64,000 nt of DNA from an uncultured Acidimicrobiia bacterium (GCA_963805415.1 CAWDUD010000004.1:9803-73802); one strand, 5' to 3'. Counted from the first letter of the stretch, positions 38,861 to 47,939 are shown. Notes: generated from the letters alone by a model not told the origin. Made by a program: numbers and translations.

Positions 38861-41460
38861 GTTTTCGGTGAGGGTTTGGGTGGCGCCGGTGCCGAGGCTG
38901 ACCCAGTCGGACAGGGTGCCGCCGTAGGGCTGGCCGAAGGCCGTGCCGTTGACGGTGGTCCGGCCGGGGCGGTGACCGGCACGTTGACCGGCGCGCCGTT
39001 GTTGGTGATGGTGACGGTGCCGTTGGTCTCGGTTGCGGTGTACTGGCCGGCGATCTGGGCGGTGGCCCAGGCGGCTTGGCGTGCCAGCGCCTGCGCGGAG
39101 GTGACGTCGGTCAGCTGGTCCAGCGGGGCGCTGCTGGCGTACCAGGCGTTGTACTGGGACAGCATGGTGTTGATCAGGGACAAGATGGTGTACCGTAGTC
39201 CTGGCCGCTCCAGACGGTCGGTGGCCGGGCCGATCAGGTTGGACTGGTGCGCGTAGCCCACCCGCGGGTCGTTGGCCAGCACGTGGCCCAGCATGATGTG
39301 CGACTCGGACGCCAGCACGTCCGCCTCGGCCGCCGGGGCCGCGCGGCAGGTGGTGACCGTCGTGCCGCGCAGTGGCCGACATCGCCGGTGCCGCCGGGGA
39401 ACGAGACGCCCTGCTGCACGTATAGCGTGTTGTACTCGTTGAGCTGGTCCGGCCAGTTGGCGGCGTTGTAGTAGATGTTGCTGGGGTACCGCGGCGCGTC
39501 AGCGCCGTGCCCAGGGTGTACACTGCGGCTGCCGGGACGCGTCCGCGGCGAAGGTGGTGACGCCCGTCCCGGTCAGGGAGGCGCTGGCATGTTCGGGTTC
39601 TCCAGCCCGGAGTGCTCCCCGGTGACCAGCGCCGCCGGGGTGTAACTGGTCAGCCCGTTGGCGGCGGCGAAGGCCTGGTTCAGGCCGATCTCCTGTTCGA
39701 GGGAGTCAGCCGCGGTGCTGGTGGCCGGCAGCCGGCCGCCGCTGCGCAGTCGATGCCCGGGTTGGTGGCCGTGGTGAAGGTCGAGCTGGAGTCCGGCGGG
39801 CCCCCGGGGCGGTCCGGTGTCGGTGAAGCCGTACGTGGTGGACGAGGTGGCGGAGGTGTTTTCGGGCACCTGGTCGACCAGGCCGTAGCTGCCGCCGTCC
39901 TGGCGGTAGATGTTGTACCCCCAGAACCCGGTCCCGCCGGTGTGCGAGGCTCCTCCTGGGCCAGCGTCGGCCCGCCGCCGTTGGTCGCCTCGGGCCAGCT
40001 CAGCGCGACCGCCCGCCGGCCCACGGTGACCGGCTCGCGGCACCGAGGGCTCGGACTCGCCGTACGCGGTCGCCGCGGTGATCTCATAGCTGTAGGTCCC
40101 GGCCGCCAGGCTCCCGCCCACGCCGCCCGTCACCCACGACAGCGCCTGCTGATCGGCCTTGGTGCAGCCCAGGAACAGCGTGCGACCAGGTGTGGTTGAT
40201 CCAGTTGAACTCGGACTGGGCGCCCAGCAGCGCGCTGACCAGCCCCGCGTCATCAGGGGCGGACGAGTCCGCCACAAAGCCCGGGTCGGTGTAGCCGTTG
40301 TAAGTGCCGGAGCAGTTCGCGCTTGACGCGGTTGGCGCGGTGCACGCCCCCACCCCGTTGAAGGCCAGGTTCAGCTTGATCCCGGTCTGCTGCTCCCAGG
40401 CCGTCACGTACGCCACGTCCGCCGCGCTCATCTGCGCATCCGGCGGAGCGCCGTTCGTCCCGGGGCCACCCCCTGGCCGCGGGCAGGTGAAATCAGGCGG
40501 GTCCGTCGCCGCCGGGGTGCACTGGTACGTCGAGCTCCACTGGTTATCAGCCAGGAACGTGTCATCGATGTCCTGGCCGAAATAGTTCCGGTACAAGCCC
40601 AGGTGCGTCCCCTGCGTCACCCAGTTGATCAGCCCCGGCGCCAGCAGCAGCCACTGCGTATCGCTGGCGTTGTAGTCGAAGGTCAGCGCCAGCTCCGCCA
40701 CCCCCGCCTGCGGGTCACCACCCGGATGCTGGTACACCCCCGCCAGGACGTGTCCGGCCGTGTCGGTCAGGAACGGCGTGTACGGCGCCCCGGCATCCAC
40801 CGTGGCCCCGTAGCCTAGCTGCCGGTATCAAACGGGACCGGGCCCTTCAGCTCCGGGAACGCCGCCAGCCCGGCCGCGGTCAGCGTCCCCGTCGACCCGT
40901 CCAGCACCCCCGAGGTCGCGACGGCCGTCACGCCCAGCGCCGGCGAGGGGTAAAGTACCCGTCAACCTGCCGCACCCCGAAGCTGGACTCATACGCATCC
41001 AGCGCATCCAGCTGCCCCGCCGCGAAAAAGCCGGCGAATCGGCGATCACCACCGCGTTGAAATTACCGGTAGTGCCGCTGGACAGCGCGGGCAGCGTCAC
41101 CGTCTCACTGCCAACCGCCCCCGACGCCGTGACCAGCGTATACGGCACCCCCTCGCTGTCCAGCGCGGCCTGCCACGCCAACGTGGTCACATCAGATGAC
41201 CCCCCGCCGACCAGCAGCACCTTCAAGTCCAGCGTCGGCGCCGCCGGCGCCGACCCCGCCGCCCCGCGCCGCCAGCCGCCGCCCCCGCCCCCGAAACCAC
41301 GCCGCCGACGCCGACCGCGCCCCCCCACCAGCCGACACCCCAGCCGCCGCCAGCACCCCGGCCAGGCACAACCCCACCCACCCCACACCACCACGCCCGC
41401 ACACACCAGGAAACCCCACCGAACACCCCACCCCTCCAGAAGACCTACGTGGTGTAACAC
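35647..41460 (-). pseudogene. Giant secreted Agd3/CE18-like polysaccharide deacetylase with FN3-like insert and about 12 Ig-like repeats (15 or more frame breaks; pseudogene or poor consensus)
   Basis: Minus-strand pieces in order. N-domain: 'TLDLKVLLVGGGSSDVTTLAWQAALDSEGVPYTLV'. Catalytic region: 'GLYRNYFGQDIDDTFLADNQW' (Asp-Asp near 40561-40566) and, about 125 residues later, 'FNWINHTWSH' (HxxxH near 40180-40194). FN3-like: 'LAAGTYSYEITAATAYGESEPS'. Further: 'HIMLGHVLANDPRVGYAHQSNL'. Repeats follow of the type 'PAITSA..AT...G.AFSFTVTTTG.P.PTLTETGTLP.GLTFTDNGDGTATLSGTP...G.Y.LTITA.N'. The true stop is TGA at 35647-35649 ('TFTLTVS*'). Confidence 0.55.
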
Positions 41461-42293
41461 GACCCTACCGGACCGGAACGCGCAACGCTTAGTAATACAG
41501 CAGTTTCGGAAGGCCTAAATAGAACATGCTGGTCACGGGACCAGCAAGCAGAGTGCGGCTATGCCACTAGAAGATATGGACCAGCGTCTTCCGAGTCTGC
41601 CATCTCTATGATGCCTGACGGCATGCGCCGGATTACATCAGACGCAGAAATTCTCGCCATGGCCAAAAAGCGGCGTTTCTGTTATGGCTACGTGACCTTC
41701 ACTACGGCGCCGCATAGGGTAGCACGGGGCCTTCCGGCCGGACAGGGGGTTTCGACGAGATCCCTTCTTACTGGGCTCCGGCTACCCTCACATAACGTTT
41801 GTCCGTTTTGTTCGCCTGGTTATCCCGTTACACGCCAGATGATCGAATCGCCCGTTTAGAAGACTTAATTCTGTCGATCGGAGAACCACAAGCGGCTAGT
41901 ACATCCGGTCCGGCGTAAACCGACTTATCTGCTGGCGCGTCATTTACTGTGCTGAAGCACCGCGAAATAGGTCTGACTGCGATCCCAAAGTTGGACAACA
42001 GAGGCCGGGCCACTGCGATCCGGCGACAATCAAGGGGGGCCGATGCGCCATACCGCATGCCATAGCAACCGGGTTCGTACAGTACCGGCTGTCGCGCTGA
42101 GGCCCCTTGACCACGAAGTGCCCGCGGTGGCAACCGCCGACGGGATGACCGAAATAACCAGCCTGATGTTCGCGTGCACGACCTTCATTTCCCAGGCCCG
42201 CACAGGCCTGCGCGCACGCTTAGCGTGCGGGGAGTTGGTGGTGGTGCTGCGGGCGGGCTGGCGTGAGTGTTCTGTTCGGGAGGGGTAGTGAGC

Positions 42294-43291
42294 ATGGCGG
42301 AGCGGGTTGCGGTTACGGGCGCCGACGGGTTCATCGGCTCGCACCTCGTGGAGCGCCTCGTCGAGCGCGGCCACCGCGTCCGCGCGATGGCCCTGTACAA
42401 CTCCTTCGGATCCTGGGGCTGGCTCGACACCCTGCCCGCCGAGGTGATGGCGAACGTCGAGGTCGTGCTCGGTGACGTGCGCGACGCCGGCTGCGTGGAC
42501 CCGTTCGTCGAGGGCGCCGAGGTGGTCTACCACCTCGCCGCGCTGATCGCGATCCCTTACTCGTACACGGCGCCGCGCTCGTACGTCGAGACGAACGTCG
42601 TCGGGACGCTCAACGTGCTCGAGGCGGTGCGGCGGCACGGGACCGGCCGGATGGTCCACACCTCGACGAGCGAGACGTACGGGACGGCGCGGACGGTGCC
42701 GATCAGCGAGACGCACCCGTTGCAGGCGCAGTCGCCGTACGCCGCGAGCAAGCTCGCCGCGGACAAGCTCGCCGAGAGCTTCCACCTGAGCTTCGAGGTG
42801 CCGGTCGCGACGCTGCGTCCCTTCAACACCTTCGGGCCGCGGCAGTCCAACCGGGCGGTGATCCCGACCGTCGTCGGCGCAGATGGCCGCCGGGGGCGAA
42901 GGTCGTCGAGCTCGGGGCGCTCACCCCGACCCGGGACTTCCTGTTCGTCAAGGACACCGCCGACGCGTTCGTCGCGATGGGCACCGCCCCCGCGGACGCC
43001 GTCGTCGGCCGGGTCCTCAACGCGGGCACCGGTGAGGAGATCTCGATCGGCGGCCTCGTCGAGACGATCGCGGAGATCATGGGCCTGGCCGTCGAGGTCC
43101 GGCAGGACCCGAAGCGGATGCGCCCGGACGGCTCGGAGGTGCAGCGGCTGCTGGCCGACGCCTCCGCACTGCGTGCCGCCACCGGCTGGGCGCCACGGCA
43201 CGACCTGCGCAAGGGCCTCGCGGAGACCGCCGACTGGTTCCGCGACCCGGCCAACCTCGCTCGTTACCGCACATCCGCGTACGTCGTCTGA
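42294..43291 (+). CDS. NAD-dependent sugar-nucleotide epimerase/dehydratase (extended SDR; two frame breaks near 42872 and 42895)
   Basis: ATG 42294 after GGGAGGGG. 'VTGADGFIGSHLVERLVERGHRV', 'ALYNSFGSWGWLD', catalytic 'SPYAASK', 'LRPFNTFGPRQ', then in another frame 'LTPTRDFLFVKDTADAF'. Confidence 0.8.
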
Positions 43292-43310
43292 GCGCGAAGG
43301 AGTCACGACC

Positions 43311-44035
43311 GTGCATGCAGTGGTGCTCGCAGGCGGCAAAGGCGTCCGCCTCCGCCCGTACACGACCGGCCTCCCCAAGCCCCTGGTGCCCATCGGTGAG
43401 GAGCACTCCATCCTGGAGATCGTCCTCATGCAGCTCGCGGACCGCGGGTTCACCGACGTCACGCTCGCGATCGGCCACCTGGGCCAGCTCATCCGCGCGT
43501 TCGTCGGCGACGGCCGCCGATGGGGCATCCGGGTCGACTACCTCGAGGAGTCAGGCCCGCTCGGCACGATGGGCCCGGTCGTCCAGCTCGCGGACCGACT
43601 GCCCGAGCACTTCCTGGTGATGAACGGCGACATCCTCACCGACCTCGCCTACGACGAGCCCTGCTGCACCAGCACGTGGCGGCGACCTCGGCGCTGACGG
43701 TCGCGACGTACGAGCGGGAGGTCTTGGTCGACTTCGGTGTGCTCGACGTCGTCGAGGACGCACGTGGTCGGGTTCCGCGAGAAGCCGCGCTCCACCAGTG
43801 CGGGTCAGCATGGGCGTCTACGGCGTGATCACCGGCCGCGCTGGAGCGGTACCGGCCGGTACCGCCCTTCGGCTTCGACGACCTCGTGCTCGACCTGCTC
43901 GGCCGGGGCGAGCCGCCGACCAGCTACCCGTTCGCGGGCTTCTGGCTCGACATCGGCCGCCCCGAGGACTACGACCGCGCCAACGCCGAGTTCGGCCGAT
44001 CCTGCTGCCGCAGCGTTCCAAGGAGGCCGGTGTGA
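43311..44035 (+). CDS. Sugar-1-phosphate nucleotidyltransferase (about 3 frame breaks)
   Basis: GTG 43311 after GAAGGAG. 'VVLAGGKGVRLRPYTTGLPKPLVPIG', 'LVMNGDILTDL'. The C-terminal part 'YPFAGFWLDIGRPEDYDRANAEF' is in another frame. The stop overlaps the next start (GTGA). Confidence 0.75.
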
Positions 44036-44960
44036 ACCATCGTGTGGTGTTGTTCGGCGCGTCCGGGTTCATCGGCGGGCACGTGCGTGCCGCGCTGGGG
44101 GAGGCCGATCCCGGCGTTGAGACGGTGGCTCTGCCCCCGGGCCAGGCGCCAGCACGATCTGATCGATGGTGGACCACGACGGGCTGGTCCGCGTGCTGGG
44201 CTCGACCATGCGCCGACCGCGATGGTCGCGGGGGCCTTCGTCGGCCGCCTCGGCGGCACCGGCTCCGACCTCCTGGCGCGGCAACACCCTGGTCGCGACC
44301 AAGCTGCTGGAGAAGACCGGCGCCGTGGCAGCGGCCCCGGCGTGCGCCTGGTCCGGCTGGGCTCCGCCGGAGAGTACGGCGTAGTGCCGCAAGCGGCCAC
44401 AGTGTCACCGAGTACGCCACCGACGCTGCCCGTGGCCGCGTACGGCGTCAGCCACCTGGCCGGCACCCGGCTGTTCCAGCTCGCGGGGGAGAGCGGGCTG
44501 GCCGACGCGGTGTCGCTGCGGGTGTTCAACCCGATCGGGCCCGGCCTGTCGGCTGAGGAACATGCTGGGCCGCGCCACCGACCGGATCCGTGCGGCGCTG
44601 GCTTTCCGGGGCTGGAGCGAGATCACCATGGGGCCGCTGTCGGCGTACCGGGATTTCGTCGACGTCCGGGATCTGGCGGCCGCAGTCCCGGGCTGTGCTG
44701 CGGCCGCCGGGGCTGTTGCGCCACCGGGTGTTCAACATCGGCAGCGGCCGGGCGGTGCCGGTCCGGGCGATGGCCAAGGAGCTCTGCGCCATCAGCGGCT
44801 GCGCCGTCTCGGTGAATGAGGATTCGCAAGACCTGGCGCGCCCGGTAGACATACCGTGGCAGCAGGCGGGCAATTGACCCGCGCCGTCGAAGACCTAGGC
44901 TGGAAGCCCCGCCGTGATCTTGCGACCTCGCTCATCGACCTGTGGGAGGCAAGCGCGTGA
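44032..44960 (+). CDS. Second NAD-dependent epimerase/dehydratase-family protein (5 or more frame breaks)
   Basis: GTG 44032 after AGGAGG. 'VVLFGASGFIGGHVRAAL', 'VRLGSAGEYG', 'AAYGVSHLAGTRL', 'RVFNPIGPG', 'YRDFVDVRDLAAAV', 'VFNIGSGRAVPVRAMA', 'DLGWKPRRDLATSLIDLW', spread over three frames. Confidence 0.6.
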
Positions 44961-45718
44961 ATCCGCACGCAGCTGATGGCACCGACCTGATCATACCGCT
45001 GCTCATCGTGCCGGCCTATTTCCATCCGGCCGTCGACCCGGACGATTGGGCGTGGCTGGTTCGCCATGCGAAGCAGATCCGGATGATCGTGCTCAACCCG
45101 GCCAGCGGGCCGGGTCCGGAGCCCGACGAGGCCTACTTCCCGGTACTGGACCGGTTGCGTTCTGCCGGGGTGGTGGTGAGTGGCTACGTTGATACCAACT
45201 ATGGCCAGCACCCGGCATGCCGGCCAGCGACGGGGATCGGGAACTGCCTGGACTGGTATGACGTGGACGGGGTCTTCTTCGATCGTGTCGCGACGGGCGC
45301 CGATCAGCTTGGCCATTATGCGGACCTCGCCCGCCGTGCGCGGGACATGGGAGCGGACGTGGTGGCGTTCAATCACGGGGCGCACCCGATCGAGGCCTAT
45401 GCCGAGCACGCCGATCTACTCGGCACCTTCGAGGGTCCCTGGAACGCCTATCTCGAGATGGCCGTGCGACGCTGGGAGAGGTCGCGAGGAGCCGGGCAGT
45501 TCTTCCACCTCCTGCATTCGGTGCCGACCTCTTTCTTCAGCGACGCGATCTGGCTTGCGGCCCGGCGCAAGGCGGGCAGCGTTTACATCACGGATCGTAG
45601 CGGAGCCAACCCCTGGGACAGCAGCCGGCCGGCGAGTTCGACCCGCGGTCTCTGTGGTCGGCCATCCTCACTGGTCACGATGATCCCCGTCGGGTCTGAG
45701 CCCGCCCAGAGGATATGA
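44957..45718 (+). CDS. Spherulin-4 family protein (Sph3/GH135-like), no signal peptide
   Basis: GTG 44957 overlaps the upstream stop (GTGA). 'LLIVPAYFHPAVDPDDWAWL', 'IVLNPASGPG', 'GVVVSGYVDTNYG', 'WYDVDGVFFDRV'. The frame is intact. Confidence 0.7.
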   Translation: MNPHAADGTDLIIPLLIVPAYFHPAVDPDDWAWLVRHAKQIRMIVLNPASGPGPEPDEAYFPVLDRLRSAGVVVSGYVDTNYGQHPACRPATGIGNCLDWYDVDGVFFDRVATGADQLGHYADLARRARDMGADVVAFNHGAHPIEAYAEHADLLGTFEGPWNAYLEMAVRRWERSRGAGQFFHLLHSVPTSFFSDAIWLAARRKAGSVYITDRSGANPWDSSRPASSTRGLCGRPSSLVTMIPVGSEPAQRI

Positions 45719-46690
45719 CGGATAGTCTGCGACGCGATGCCGACTTGGCCGCGCCGGGCAAAGGCGGCAGAAAGTTTCACCGTCGGCCCCCGGCCCGCAG
45801 GCCGCGGGTCGTCTTGCTGACGACCGCCGTCGTGCTGATCGCGGCGGCTGGCGTGGCGGTCCGAACGGTCCTGGAAAATGCCCCGCCGTGCCAGAAGACG
45901 CTTGTACCTGCGTATTTCTATCCGGGAGCGGATTGGACCACGGCTATCGACAGCAACCCTGCGCCTGGCCTCATGATCCTTGATATCACCGAGTCCGGCG
46001 CTGGCAGTTCGCCGGACCGGACCTACCAGGCCACGGTCAAGCGGGCGCGGGCCGCGGGAATCACGATCATGGGCTACGCCAGCACCGGTTATGCGCGACG
46101 TTCCCTGGCGGCGGTCGAGGCAGATATCAGGCACTACAGGACCTGGTACGGGGTGACCGACATCTTTCTCGATCAGGCCTCTAGTAGCAGCGGCGACATG
46201 ACGTACTACCGGCGCCTGTCCGGCTACGCACACGGCCTGAATCCCGGGTCGGCCGTGATGCTCTCTCAATCCCGGTACGTTTCCTGACCAGCAATATATG
46301 TCGCTGGGCGACATTATAATGGTATTCGAGAATACTTATGCCAGCTACGTTAATCTCCAGATTCCTGGATGGATCCACAAATATCCTGCCGCCAGGTTCG
46401 CTCATGTAATTTACGCGACCTCGGGAGCGCAGTTCGTCAATGCCATCAGCTTGAGCCGTAAGCGGCAAGCCGGTTATGTCTATGTGACCGACGGTACTGG
46501 GTTGCAGCGCTACAATCGGCTGCCTTCCTATTGGTCACGCGAAGACGCGATATTTGCGAAATGCGCCGACGCTGACATATTCGGTAGTCCGGCGGAGCGG
46601 GCTCAGATAGCGCTATCGGCAGGGACTGCGCTGGCCGGCCAGGGCCGTCGTGAACAATGTCCCATCTATGCCATGGGAAACATCGAATGA
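45715..46690 (+). CDS. Spherulin-4 family protein (Sph3/GH135-like), membrane-anchored (frame break near 46262)
   Basis: ATG 45715 overlaps the upstream stop (ATGA). Signal anchor 'VVLLTTAVVLIAAAGVAV'. 'LVPAYFYPGADWTTA', 'ITIMGYASTGYARR', 'WYGVTDIFLDQA'. The second half 'NPGTFPDQQYMSLGDIIMVFENTYASY...GYVYVTDG' is in the ORF 46298-46690 frame. Confidence 0.7.
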
Positions 46691-47720
46691 GCAGAACTTG
46701 GTGAGCGCCGTGGCGGTGTCACTGCCCCAGTCATCGGTATACTCGGCGTCCAGCACCAGTTTCCCGGCTTTCACGTATGGTGCCGTCACGCCTCCGCAGG
46801 TGTGGAAGAAGTTGCATTCCTCGTCCAGCAGGAAGTCCGTGGTCGGCTCCAGCGCCGCAGAGAACTTAGCGTCGTTATCGCCGTTCTTCTGCCCCCAAGC
46901 GAGCCCGAGACTGTGCGCGTAAGCACCGAGCAGCTTGTTGTACTTTATGTTATCGCTCTCGGTGATCCTAAAACCGGTCGCATTGGTATAAGAGTCGTCA
47001 ATATCCGGCTCGACTGCATCGAAGCCCTTGGCGGAGCACTGCTGCCTTATCATCGACTTGATGATGCGGATCGTCGAGGCTGCGTTAATGTTGAGATAGC
47101 GCTCGGAGTATCCGGGCATCGCGGCGCCTAGATCTCCGGCGGCTTTCAATTGCGCGAAGTAGGTTACCGGAATGCCCTCCTGCGAGGCCGAGAAATAGTC
47201 GCCGACCGCGCCGATCTCGATGTAGCAGATCACCTTGTCGTGCAGGCTGTGCAGCGCCCTGACCGCCGAGGCAGGGTTATCAATGCCATCGATATCGTAG
47301 ACGGTCGGGTTCTGCGCTTGCCGACTGGCGGCATTCATCGCCTTCTCGCCCATGTCCGCCGCGCCGTGTACGTTCAGCGCATGATCCAGTTCCCACTGAA
47401 ACTCGGGCCCATTATTTGGGCCGGTAGCCCTGGGGTGCCACCACATGCAGGGCCTTGGATGCCGCCACGACAGGTGCATGAGCTACCGACTTGCCACTGG
47501 TCACAGCAGCGGCCGACGCGCTGGTCACAGCAGTCGCCGACGCGGAAGATCCCGACACGGGAGCTGCTGGCACGGTCCCGGGACTCGGACGTGTATGAGT
47601 GATACTCGCAGCCGGCGATTCGTGACTGGAACCGCCGCAGGCGGCGACCAGCACCAAGGTAAGTCCGGCGACTATAGCCGCTGCCTGTTTCGTAACTTTT
47701 GAGTCCGACTTCCCGCCCAT
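46613..47720 (-). CDS. GH114-like endo-alpha-1,4-polygalactosaminidase lipoprotein (frame break near 47450)
   Basis: Lipobox 'LVLVAACGG' (ORF 47412-47720). Then 'FQWELDH...VYDIDGIDN...KVICYIEIGA...GFDAVEPDIDDSY.NATGF...AHSLGLAWGQKNG...DFLLDEECNFFHTC...KLVLDAEY' (ORF 46613-47479). Confidence 0.75.
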
Positions 47721-47939
47721 GGAGGGTAGCTTAGAGCCAGGTGCTTCGCCTCGGCTCCGGATTCTTTCAAACTATTGCCAGACCGACTCGGACATCGTGG
47801 GCACTTCACCGGGACCGGCACGGACTGGAGTTGCCATCGGCCGATCCGGTGACCGCGCCGACCGGAATCAGTCAGCTCGACGGGACCGGCGAGGCGCTCC
47901 ACCGCGTACGCGCCGTCTCGGGCCAGCTTCGCCCGCACG

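Larger units (their letters stand above)
26232..47939. mobile_element. Inserted foreign segment (genomic island, 21,708 bp) interrupting ctaD
   Basis: It is bounded by the 19-bp direct repeat. Removing it restores ctaD. It has accessory gene content, an IS4 remnant, AT-rich spacers and a much higher density of frame breaks than the flanks. No integrase was seen. Confidence 0.65.

Noticed and set aside
41700-41795. tRNA-like or T-arm-like sequence (GGGGGTTTCGACGAGATCCC)
   Set aside because: It cannot be folded into a cloverleaf, because there is no acceptor stem or anticodon arm pairing.
41608-41859. 83-aa ORF in the divergent spacer
   Set aside because: It has no Shine-Dalgarno sequence, atypical codon composition for either the island or the core, and no recognisable motif.
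26232-47939. Prophage or ICE interpretation of the island
   Set aside because: No integrase, relaxase, type IV secretion, capsid, terminase or replication genes are present. The only mobility gene is a degraded IS4 transposase in the interior.
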